Positions 41,061 to 49,650 of a stretch of DNA of 64,000 nt are shown piece by piece. Positions within the stretch are counted from its first letter, which is position 1. Every line of letters starts with the position of its first letter. A model generated the notes under the pieces. The model had not been told where the DNA came from and searched no databases. It was given only the letters and a program-made list of their open reading frames with translations. The stretch lies in the NCBI GenBank assembly GCA_963840855.1, contig CAWJBB010000083.1, positions 1-64,000 on the forward strand. Reading direction: 5' to 3'. Both the position numbers and the translations under genes were made by a program. This stretch comes from an uncultured delta proteobacterium (lineage in GTDB: Bacteria > Desulfobacterota > Binatia > UBA9968).

Positions 41061-41086
41061 TAGGGAAGGTCCACAACAGCAAAACC

Positions 41087-41545
41087 ATGAGTATTTACGC
41101 CACACTTTGGTCGCTAAAGTTTCCACGGTACGGCGATGATTACGTAGGCTGCGAATGGATCAGAGTTACCGCTCAAGGGGTTCCGGCGCACATTGGTACA
41201 CCAATTAAGGGGTTCGGCTACGAGAAAGGTGATCCATATGCTGAATTCCTGCCGCCTGCTGTGGAGGTGAACGCGGATGGGGACAGCGAGTTCATGCGGG
41301 CAGTTGTGGTCGTCACCGAAGAAACCCCCAAGGGGACCGCTCGTTCACCGCAGGAGTACGTCAACCCCTTGCTGGTTCTTTCTGGCCGAGGGTACGCATC
41401 AATCTCGTTTAGCGAACTGCACACGCGCATCTGCGACGCTTTACGCGGTGACGGTCCGGAAGTTGTCGCGCAGTCATTCACGGCTGACGGCGACATCCAG
41501 CTGATACTGTCAGACGGCCGGGTCCTCGACACGAGGAAGCGATAA
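41087..41545 (+). CDS. Hypothetical protein
   Basis: 152-aa ATG ORF (VTAQGVPAHIG, RAVV.VTE.TPKGT). Confidence 0.65.
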   Translation: MSIYATLWSLKFPRYGDDYVGCEWIRVTAQGVPAHIGTPIKGFGYEKGDPYAEFLPPAVEVNADGDSEFMRAVVVVTEETPKGTARSPQEYVNPLLVLSGRGYASISFSELHTRICDALRGDGPEVVAQSFTADGDIQLILSDGRVLDTRKR

Positions 41546-41557
41546 ATCGAGAGAGAT

Positions 41558-41895
41558 AAAGGGGTCGGGAGTCTTTTCATGAACGTTTCGGACGACCGCG
41601 GGGATTCATTGTCGACCCAAGTCCAAGCTGTTTGGCAATTTTGATCATCCAGTCTTCACTACCATACGGTCGGCCTCGCTGCGCGCTTGACCGCATATCC
41701 TCTAACTCCGATTCTTGCTCTCGCTCGTTCACGAATTGAATCCATTCCTTTGGTCGCTCCATCGGCCATTGACTCAAAATTTCAGATGACTTTTCATTCT
41801 CCCGCAATAACCGCCACAGACTCGACCACTCCCAGTATTCCGCCCGTCCAACTAACCCGGCCCGCACTGCGTTACGCTGCACATATTGTAGTGGG
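41558..41895 (-). pseudogene. RAYT C-terminal fragment plus terminus
   Basis: YVQRNAVRAGLV...WEWSS...GRPYGSEDW...STMNPRGRP, followed by aaagactcccgacccc. Confidence 0.8.
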
Positions 41896-41951
41896 ACACG
41901 CCTTGGCAACCGCCACCGCATTCCGCCAGTGTGAATTCCATCGATAGGCGA

Positions 41952-42779
41952 TCACTCGCGAGACCCCAGGTACAGGCTCAAAAACCTTGTGGCCGCGGAC
42001 CATGCCTGTTCATCTTGTTCGCCCTTGAAGCCGTGATCCCCTCCGCCGATGACCAGCAGCTCGACGTGTCGATTAGCTTTCTGAAGCGCTTCCTGCATCC
42101 TGAGGCTCTGCTCGGTTGGGACCTCTGTGTCACGGTCGCCGTGAACAAGAAGGACCGGAGCCTGGATCTGCTCTGCAACATGGACTGGGGAGTTCCAATA
42201 GCCGGTTCCGCATACCAGCGGGACATAGAAATGACGGATACCCGCGTTACTCGTCGTATCCTTCCAACGTTGAACATCAGTGATCGGGAAATACGCGACG
42301 ATGGCTTTGATTCGACCGCTCCGGGCGCCGGAGAGTAACGCCACTTGACCTCCCAGGGAGAACCCCAGAACGCCAATGGAGTCGGCATTAACGCCCGGGA
42401 GCGTTGCCAGCCAATCCGCGGCTTTTGCGACATCGTCGGGTTGCTGCGTTCCGCAGTCGTCCCATCCGCTGGAGGGCGGCCATCCTCGCATGGAGAGCGC
42501 TAGCGCTACGTATCCTTGTTCCGAAAGCCGTCGTGCCGTGCCTTCTACTCGCGGAGCGCCTAGCACGCCCGGTTGGGCCCAGCCGTGTAACACGATGATC
42601 GCTGGCAGCGGTTTCGATGTGCTGGCAGGGCGGAATAGGATCCCGCCGAGAGTCACGCCGGAGCCAGGCAAGCTGACTTCATATCGACCTGGATCGCTGA
42701 CAGTCGTGACGTCGGTAACCACCTGAGTACATCCCGCCAGCGCAAACGCTAGCAGTAATATCACCACGGTCTTAGCCAT
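41952..42779 (-). CDS. Alpha/beta hydrolase lipoprotein (S9/dienelactone hydrolase-like)
   Basis: Lipobox LAGC; GFSLGG; HGDRD; GGDHGF. Confidence 0.85.
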   Translation of the reverse strand: MAKTVVILLLAFALAGCTQVVTDVTTVSDPGRYEVSLPGSGVTLGGILFRPASTSKPLPAIIVLHGWAQPGVLGAPRVEGTARRLSEQGYVALALSMRGWPPSSGWDDCGTQQPDDVAKAADWLATLPGVNADSIGVLGFSLGGQVALLSGARSGRIKAIVAYFPITDVQRWKDTTSNAGIRHFYVPLVCGTGYWNSPVHVAEQIQAPVLLVHGDRDTEVPTEQSLRMQEALQKANRHVELLVIGGGDHGFKGEQDEQAWSAATRFLSLYLGSRE

Positions 42780-43099
42780 AGATTGCCACTCCAGGCATTG
42801 AACAACAGTGGATGCCGGCGGCGAGGAAGTCAAGAAAAAGAGAAGCAGGAAACCCATCACGACAAACGCCGATACAACCCGACACTCACAACACCGCAGC
42901 CGGCGATCATGGCAGTCATGGGAATAGCGCTTTCGGTATGCAACATTCCCAACACCGTCGAAGTGATGGCAGCGATAGAGAGGAAGGGCCACCGGGGGTC
43001 TAGTGCAGTAGCAAACGAAGAACAACTGCTTGGGGCCAAGCTTTTTAAGCTTGCGAATATTGGCCAATTCTTCCCAACCGCTACGCTCCGTCCAAATCG

Positions 43100-43188
43100 T
43101 TCAAAAACCGCCCAAACGGTATGCAGTGATCGATTACAAGGATTGGTCGCGTTATGTGGCTTTTCACAACTGGCAGATTTTCAACACG
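43100..43188 (+). pseudogene. Internal RAYT fragment
   Basis: QKPPKRYAVID../LVALCGFSQLADFQH matches QEPPKRYAVIDLEGLAAMCGFTNPRDFQR of the 29859 RAYT. Confidence 0.7.
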
Positions 43189-43396
43189 TCATGCGCCGCC
43201 GCATTTCCACGCTCTTTACGCGGAGCACGAAGCGCTGATTGACCTGCGCGACCTCGGCGTCATGCGCGGTTCTTTGCCCCACCGGGCATTGGCGTTAGTA
43301 TTGGAGTGGGCCGCGGAACACCGCGATGAACTTTTGGAGGATTGGAACCTATGCAGCCGAATGCAAACGCCGAAGGCAATCGAACCCCTGAAATAG
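43189..43396 (+). pseudogene. DUF4160 toxin lacking its N-terminus
   Basis: HAPPHFHALY...LVLEWA..HRDELLEDW...IEPL. Confidence 0.75.
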
Positions 43397-43686
43397 ACAC
43401 GACAATAAAGCATACGGTTCCCTGGCGCGTGACGTCCGTGATCGCGTTGCCTGACGCACGCTTGCAAGTGACATTTGTGGATGGCACCGGCGGCGAAATT
43501 CAGATGAAAAGATTTCTGAGTGAATCGGGTGTCGACGGCACCATCTTCGAGCCGTTGCGCGATCCGGCAATTTTCGTCCAGGCCCAAGTCGTGCTGGGGG
43601 CGGTTCAGTGGCCCAATGGCGCCGACCTCGCGCCCGATGCGATGTATGACGCTATCCGTGAACGCGGCGTTTGGATCCTGGATTAA
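43342..43686 (+). CDS. DUF2442 protein (antitoxin partner)
   Basis: LQVTFVDG..G, FEPLRD, WPNGADLAPDAMY. Confidence 0.85.
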   Translation: MEPMQPNANAEGNRTPEIDTTIKHTVPWRVTSVIALPDARLQVTFVDGTGGEIQMKRFLSESGVDGTIFEPLRDPAIFVQAQVVLGAVQWPNGADLAPDAMYDAIRERGVWILD

Positions 43687-43706
43687 AAATCAAAACGGGA
43701 GAATCC

Positions 43707-44654
43707 ATGGCGCGCTACAGAAACAACCTGCCGCAACTCGCCGGCGGTCTTTTTCTCACCGACGGCGGCATCGAGACGACGCTGATTTTTCGCGAAGGGC
43801 TTGAGTTGCCCTATTTTGCCGCGTTCGACTTGTTAAAGCACACCGAAGGCACCGCGGCGCTGCGAAGGTATTTCCAAACCTACGCCGAGATGGCCAGGCG
43901 CTATGAAATCGGCTGCATTCTCGAGAGCGCAACCTGGCGCGCCAGCATAGATTGGGGCGCGAAACTCGGCTATAGCGCCGCGGCAATGGTCGAGATGAAT
44001 CGTAAATCGATTGCGTTGCTGCACGAGATTCGAGACGAATACGAAAATGACAAAACAAAGATGATCATCAGCGGCTGTATCGGCCCGCGCGGCGATGGCT
44101 ACAACCCCGCTGCTTTGATGCGCGAAGATGAAGCCGAGCAATACCACGCCATGCAAGCGCAAGTGTTTCGTGACGCCGACGCAGACATGGTGACGGCCAT
44201 TACAATGGCCTACGCCGCAGAAGCAATCGGTCTCACAAGAGCGGCGAAAAACGCGGGCATGCCTGTGGTAATTTCCTTTACCGTCGAAACCGACGGCCGC
44301 TTGCCCACTGGACAAACGTTAGAAGACGCCATCGCGCAGGTCGATGACGCCACCGCCAAAGGGCCTGCTTACTACATGATCAGCTGCGCCCATCCGACCC
44401 ATTTCACCGGCGTGTTGGCGGCCGGCGCGCCGTGGTTGGAACGAATCCGCGGTCTCAGAGCCAACGCGTCGATCAAGAGTCACGCTGAGCTCGATGAGGC
44501 TAAAGAACTCGATGACGGCAACCCCGTGGAGCTAGGGAGCCAATACCACGAATTGAGAGAGACGCTTCACAAGCTAAACGTTCTTGGCGGTTGCTGCGGC
44601 ACCGATCATCGGCATGTCGAAGCAATCTGCAAAGCTTGCATAGCAGGCGGCTGA
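43707..44654 (+). CDS. Homocysteine S-methyltransferase family protein
   Basis: TDGGIET, GPRGDGY, CAHP, GGCCGTD. Confidence 0.9.
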   Translation: MARYRNNLPQLAGGLFLTDGGIETTLIFREGLELPYFAAFDLLKHTEGTAALRRYFQTYAEMARRYEIGCILESATWRASIDWGAKLGYSAAAMVEMNRKSIALLHEIRDEYENDKTKMIISGCIGPRGDGYNPAALMREDEAEQYHAMQAQVFRDADADMVTAITMAYAAEAIGLTRAAKNAGMPVVISFTVETDGRLPTGQTLEDAIAQVDDATAKGPAYYMISCAHPTHFTGVLAAGAPWLERIRGLRANASIKSHAELDEAKELDDGNPVELGSQYHELRETLHKLNVLGGCCGTDHRHVEAICKACIAGG

Positions 44655-44771
44655 TAAAAACCCATATGCTTCGTTGCGCTAGACCGATTTCGCGTCAACG
44701 TACAGGAAAGAGTACGCCTCCGCTCATCGATCTTCGCGCGCCTCGCCTCTGGATTCTTCTCAACCGCCTGC
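44643..44771. mobile_element. MITE-like element
   Basis: IRs gcaggcggctga / tcaaccgcctgc; internal cgtac..gtacg hairpin. Confidence 0.55.
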
Positions 44772-44793
44772 AGAGAGCTGTTTACGCAATCGG

Positions 44794-45930
44794 TTACGGC
44801 GCGCGTTCCAGGATCCGGGGGCCGTAAAGCCGGATGGCATTATCCCACAAAATTTTTCGTTTGCTCTCGTCCGAAATTGGCTGATCAGCGAACCAGGGCA
44901 AAACCTGGGCCGGGTCAGGCGCATCCGGATGGGGATAATCTGTGTTCCAGACAAGGTTCTCGTCACCCAAAAAATTGACGATAGTGTCCAGGCCAGGCTC
45001 GTCCGGGTCCGCCGAGATCACGCATTGGCGCTTGACGTACTCGCTCGGTTTCATAGGCAAACCAGCGCCCAGGATGAGCCGGCGCCCATGGGAGTGATCG
45101 TCCATGCGCGGCAGCCAGAAATTCACCCAGCCTGCGTTGGATTCGAGTATCCCGAGCCGGAGTCTGGGGAAGCGCTCCAGGACGCCGCCGAAAATAAAGT
45201 GCGCCATGGTCGCCATGTTATCCATCGGAAAGCCGATGACATGATCGAGTGCGCTGAAAATCGTCTCCTTGCGAAGCGCCCGAAACGGCGCGGCCCTCAC
45301 GTGGCGAGACTCGCCGTGGACGGAGATCGGGAAATCAAGATCGCTGGCAAGCTGCCACAAGGCATCGTATTCGGGTTCGTGCAGCCAATTGCCGTTGGGC
45401 AACAGTGGATTACGCATTGAGACAGCGCCGAGCTTCTCCACCGCGCGACGCGCTTCCGCAGCCATTGCTTGAGGGTCGCCCGCAGGCAAAGTGGCGGTGA
45501 ATTTCAGGCGCTTCGAGTCGATACTTGCATAGTCGTAACACCAGTTGTGGTACGCTCGCGCCATGGCGAACGCGATCTCCGGATCTTCGAGACCGACTTC
45601 CATGATGCGGTTCCCGTTGGTCGAAAGAATGACCTGTATGTCCCACCCATAGCGATCCATGTCCTTGAGACGAATGTCGGGAGACCACCATCTGTCATAA
45701 GCCTCGCCATACTTCTCCGCCATCCACTTGTCGTGATGGTCGGGAATGAACTGACCCGATTCGATCGAGGCGAACGCTTTCGCGTCTTGCGCATAGACAA
45801 AGAAATTGCGCCGCATGCCAATGACCCTGGGCACACGGTCCTTGAATTCTGGCTCTAAGTAGCGGGCCCATAGATCCTGGGGCTCATGATGGTGAGCATC
45901 CGCATCGATAACTTTGAAACCGTTCCACAT
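44794..45930 (-). CDS. Amidohydrolase family 2 protein
   Basis: IDADAH, ISVH, LESNAGW, NTDYPH. Confidence 0.9.
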   Translation of the reverse strand: MWNGFKVIDADAHHHEPQDLWARYLEPEFKDRVPRVIGMRRNFFVYAQDAKAFASIESGQFIPDHHDKWMAEKYGEAYDRWWSPDIRLKDMDRYGWDIQVILSTNGNRIMEVGLEDPEIAFAMARAYHNWCYDYASIDSKRLKFTATLPAGDPQAMAAEARRAVEKLGAVSMRNPLLPNGNWLHEPEYDALWQLASDLDFPISVHGESRHVRAAPFRALRKETIFSALDHVIGFPMDNMATMAHFIFGGVLERFPRLRLGILESNAGWVNFWLPRMDDHSHGRRLILGAGLPMKPSEYVKRQCVISADPDEPGLDTIVNFLGDENLVWNTDYPHPDAPDPAQVLPWFADQPISDESKRKILWDNAIRLYGPRILERAP

Positions 45931-46019
45931 TGCTATTTCCTCCAGGTAAAAATGTCGCGCTGCGCATAGGCACGAGGCGAGAGGCAACAGGCGTCAGCCT
46001 GATCCTTCTTTCCCGCGCC

Positions 46020-46367
46020 TCAAGCCTCTCGCCTCACGCCTCTTCTCACTTTGGCCAGAGTCCGATCGATGCTTTCCCCTATCTGCTCGGCGAGCTGAAA
46101 CGTCTTTGAATCATCCGAGCCCTTGGCCTCGCCGAAGAATCGAGCTGTCTGTTTTTGCGTTTTCAAGAAAGGCTGGGCCTTGTCGAGAAAATCTTCGCTG
46201 TACTTGGCCCGCTTCGCGACCTTGAAGCTCACCCGGGAAATGAGCTTGGCGGTAGCGCCACTGCCGCACTGAGCGCAGGTTACGGCGTGGTTTTCAGCCC
46301 CGACGTGCAGGATAAGGACCTCGGTTACTGCTTCACATTTTATGCATCGGAACTCAAACAATGGCAT
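46020..46367 (-). CDS. FmdB-family zinc ribbon protein
   Basis: MPLFEFRCIKC...CAQCGS..KLIS. Confidence 0.85.
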   Translation of the reverse strand: MPLFEFRCIKCEAVTEVLILHVGAENHAVTCAQCGSGATAKLISRVSFKVAKRAKYSEDFLDKAQPFLKTQKQTARFFGEAKGSDDSKTFQLAEQIGESIDRTLAKVRRGVRREA

Positions 46368-46393
46368 GGGTTGTCCTCAGGCATTCCTTTCAG

Positions 46394-47521
46394 CTACTGA
46401 ACCTTATACTCCTTCGCCGCGTCTTCGTTGAGATCGAGTCCCAGTCCCGGCCTGTCGGTTAAAGTCACCCAACCGTTCACTGGATTGGGTGGATCTCTAT
46501 AGATAACGTTAGCGGCCAACCAGTTAGGCACACGAAACTCGGTTCTCCATCCATTGGGGACCGCCCCATGCAAATGAAGATCGTAGTAGTCGCCGTTGCC
46601 AATCGGAAGATTGAAGGCCTGAGCCACAGCCGCCACCTTCATGCCCATCGTGAAGCCGCCAACCGCGCCGACATGGGGTTGCAAAAAGTCGACCGACCGC
46701 TCCGTGGCTAATTCACATAGTTTGGAGAAATTCTCTCGTTGTCCGGCGCCGATGGGAATGCTCGTGCGTTTGCGCAACTCGGCCAGCAAGCGAGTATCGT
46801 TGTACAAGATTGGCTCCTCGAACCACATCAGGTTATAGGGCTCTAGACGCTTGCACCAACGCAGCGCCGCGTCGAACTTCATCAGGCAATTGGCGTCGAC
46901 CATCAACTCAACGTCGTCGCCAACGGCCTCCCTGACCGCCTTGACGCGGGCTTCATCTTCGGCCGGATTATCTTCCCGATGCTCGATACTGGCGCCGGAA
47001 CTGTCCACCTGGCCGCGAATGTTTAACCGGCCCACGACGATCTTGAGCCTCTTGTGCCCTTGCGCCACGAAGTGCTTGGCCGCTTCAACCAATTCTTCCT
47101 GCGAGTAATTCCTGAAACCATACGTGAAGTAGGCCGGCACAGATCTTTGCGCGCCTCCCAGCAGACGCCAAACAGGAATATTGAAGTACTTTCCCTTGAT
47201 GTCCCAGAGCGCGACGTCGATGGCGCTGACGGCGGAGCTCCATACCCCCGCATGGGCCCGGGTGTTGAAGTTCCACAACATCTCCTGCATCAGACGCTCG
47301 GTATCTAGCGGGTCTTTCTCCTTGAGAAATGGAGCGAGATCCTGCTGGATAAACGAAACGGTGGTCCGCAGCATCGTGCCGCTGATCTGAGAGATCCCGA
47401 TAATTCCATCGTCTGTTTTGACCTTCAGCAGAGCAACCGATTGGAACATCGGCGATTTGAACAACGGCGGCGAGACCGGAATGTTGGCGAGCTCAAGTGT
47501 TTCTATTGCAGCGATTTTCAA
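46394..47521 (-). CDS. Mandelate racemase/muconate lactonizing enzyme family
   Basis: SAIDVALWDIKGK, MVDAN, WFEEP, PGLG; TTG start after RBS aaggag. Confidence 0.9.
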   Translation of the reverse strand: MKIAAIETLELANIPVSPPLFKSPMFQSVALLKVKTDDGIIGISQISGTMLRTTVSFIQQDLAPFLKEKDPLDTERLMQEMLWNFNTRAHAGVWSSAVSAIDVALWDIKGKYFNIPVWRLLGGAQRSVPAYFTYGFRNYSQEELVEAAKHFVAQGHKRLKIVVGRLNIRGQVDSSGASIEHREDNPAEDEARVKAVREAVGDDVELMVDANCLMKFDAALRWCKRLEPYNLMWFEEPILYNDTRLLAELRKRTSIPIGAGQRENFSKLCELATERSVDFLQPHVGAVGGFTMGMKVAAVAQAFNLPIGNGDYYDLHLHGAVPNGWRTEFRVPNWLAANVIYRDPPNPVNGWVTLTDRPGLGLDLNEDAAKEYKVQ

Positions 47522-47538
47522 TGGCGGTCTCCTTTCAA

Positions 47539-48375
47539 TTATTTTGCATGGCGGCCGATGAATTCGAGCACCGTGCGGTTGAAGAATTCGGGGCGCTCCC
47601 AGTAGGACGAATGCCCGCACTCGGCTGCGACCACGACCTCGTTGTCGGGGACATGGCGCGCGATCATCCGCATGATGGACGGAGGGGTTGCCAGGTCGGC
47701 CGCGCCGGCAATCAGGAGAGCCGGAACTTTCAAGGTCTCCAGCTTTGCCGGCGTAACTACGTTGGCTACCTTTTGCCGGGCTCCCTTGCCGGTCTCGGAC
47801 TTGTGGTTGAGCTCCTTCCATCGCTCGACGCCCTCGGGGTTGGCGGCGCGGTACGAAGGGCCGAGTTCCCAATACCACCGCGGCAGGCTTTCCGTCTCCT
47901 TGGGCCTGATCATGGCGGCTGTCTCGGCAATGTAGCCGTTGCGCGCGGCGAGATTGTTGCTGGATACGGTCAGGCTCAGTAGCCGCTCCGGGTGCGAGAA
48001 CGCATAATCCGTGGCGACGCTGCCGCCGGCGGCCGAGCTCACCGCATGGAACCTCGCCACGCCCAGCAATTCGATCAGGTTGTGCAGGTCTTCCGAGCCG
48101 ATCCCTGGGTTATCCTCGGCAGCCAGGTCGGAGTTGTAATGGTTGCGGCGCGAATAAGCGATCACGCGATAGCCGGCCTTGGCGAACACCGGTTGCTGGT
48201 ATAGCCAAACCAGCGCGCTGCCCGACGCCGGATGCAGGAACACGACTGGAGTTCCGTCGCCACCGGTGTCCCAATACCCAAGGCGGGTGCCCGGGAGTTC
48301 AGCCATTCCTTCCTTGGCCGGCACCTGTTGCGGAATTGGAACGGGTATCATGGGATCGTCGATCTGTTGTGCCAT
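47539..48375 (-). CDS. Alpha/beta hydrolase
   Basis: VFLHPASG, SAAGG (non-canonical nucleophile elbow), GHSSYWE. Confidence 0.85.
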   Translation of the reverse strand: MAQQIDDPMIPVPIPQQVPAKEGMAELPGTRLGYWDTGGDGTPVVFLHPASGSALVWLYQQPVFAKAGYRVIAYSRRNHYNSDLAAEDNPGIGSEDLHNLIELLGVARFHAVSSAAGGSVATDYAFSHPERLLSLTVSSNNLAARNGYIAETAAMIRPKETESLPRWYWELGPSYRAANPEGVERWKELNHKSETGKGARQKVANVVTPAKLETLKVPALLIAGAADLATPPSIMRMIARHVPDNEVVVAAECGHSSYWERPEFFNRTVLEFIGRHAK

Positions 48376-48435
48376 TATCTTCCCTCCTTTTACCGCATTG
48401 GTCACTTTGTGCGACAGCCAACAGCGGCGTAATTA

Positions 48436-48451
48436 TGGTATACTACTTGCA
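48436..48451 (+). promoter_or_regulatory. Sigma54-type promoter candidate upstream of the FecR-domain gene
   Basis: tGGtatactacttGCa (GG-N10-GC). Confidence 0.5.
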
Positions 48452-48573
48452 CCTGCCTTTAGTCGAACCGATTGAGCGAAAATATACTGTTGAAGCGCGT
48501 TGCCCGTGCTTGATAGAAGGTGGGGTTGGCTTTCGCGCTGAGCGACAAATTTTGCAGTTTGGAGGAAACCGAA

Positions 48574-49023
48574 ATGAGATTTATCCATCGCGCATTGCCG
48601 GTAATTTTATTCGGCTTATTAGTTTGCGGATTCAATCGTGCCGCATGGGCGGAAATCGGCCAGATCAAGAACGTCTCGGGGCAAGTATCAGTGTGGCGTA
48701 ACAATGTGCAACAACCTGCCAAGGCTGGCGATCTGCTCGAACAAGCGGATGTGCTGACAACGGGTGCCAATAGCTCCGTCGGCGTCACGTTCATCGATAA
48801 TTCCCGGTTATCGGCCGGGCCGAATAGCCGGGTCGAGCTCAAACAGTTTCGCTTCGATCCAACCACCAACAACGGTGAATTTCTCGCCGACATGCAACGC
48901 GGCACCCTCGCCATTGTGTCCGGGCAAATCGCCAAACGATCCCCCGATGCCATGAAAGTCAAAACTCCGACGACGATCCTCGGCGTCCGCGGCACAACCT
49001 TCGCTGTAAAGGTAGAGGAGTAA
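48574..49023 (+). CDS. Secreted FecR-domain protein
   Basis: Signal peptide; TGANS.VGVTFIDNS; TPTTILGVRGT. Confidence 0.85.
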   Translation: MRFIHRALPVILFGLLVCGFNRAAWAEIGQIKNVSGQVSVWRNNVQQPAKAGDLLEQADVLTTGANSSVGVTFIDNSRLSAGPNSRVELKQFRFDPTTNNGEFLADMQRGTLAIVSGQIAKRSPDAMKVKTPTTILGVRGTTFAVKVEE

Positions 49024-49035
49024 TCGGTCATTCGC

Positions 49036-49650
49036 ATGCGCGTCATGTCACAAAGGGTGCTGTATTCTTGCATTATCCCCGCAGCGTCCGCGCTGCTTCT
49101 TGCCAGCTGCGCCAGTGTCAAAACCTTCGTCGTCCTTCTACCTGAAGAGACCGGTGTGCGCAGCGCCGTGACCGTCGGTGAGGGCGACCGTCAAACGATT
49201 CTAGAAGTCCCGCTGAGCGCGGCGGCCGTCGATGCGCGCGGAAACGTCGAAAAGTCAACCGTCACAACGGAAGAAATCAATCGCACCTTCGCCGACGCCC
49301 TCGCCGCGCAACCACCCAAGAGCATCAGCTTTACGCTCTATTTCGACACCAAAAGCACGGAAGTAAGCGCGGCTTCGCAGCCCGCGTTGGCCGAGCTCCT
49401 TGCCGAAGTGGCTAAACGGGCCGCGGCCGAAGTGCAGGTCACTGGACATACCGACCGCGTCGGCGCGGACACCGACAACGACCGCTTGTCATTGGAGCGC
49501 GCCGAAGCCGTGCGCGCCATGCTGATTCAAAGGGGCATCAAAGCGAGCTTCATTCGTGCCGTGGGGCGCGGCGAACGAGAACCATTGGTACCCACCCCGG
49601 ACGAACAACCGGAACCCCGCAATCGGCGCGTCGAAATTATCGTGCGCTAG
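49036..49650 (+). CDS. OmpA-family lipoprotein
   Basis: LASC lipobox; GHTD.VG..NDRLSLERA; NRRVEI. Confidence 0.9.
   Translation: MRVMSQRVLYSCIIPAASALLLASCASVKTFVVLLPEETGVRSAVTVGEGDRQTILEVPLSAAAVDARGNVEKSTVTTEEINRTFADALAAQPPKSISFTLYFDTKSTEVSAASQPALAELLAEVAKRAAAEVQVTGHTDRVGADTDNDRLSLERAEAVRAMLIQRGIKASFIRAVGRGEREPLVPTPDEQPEPRNRRVEIIVR

Noticed and set aside
47522-47878. N-terminal extension of the enolase-family ORF (and similarly 42780-43067)
   Set aside because: Overlaps the upstream gene or junk sequence; a better start exists downstream (RBS-supported at 47521, signal-peptide-supported at 42779)
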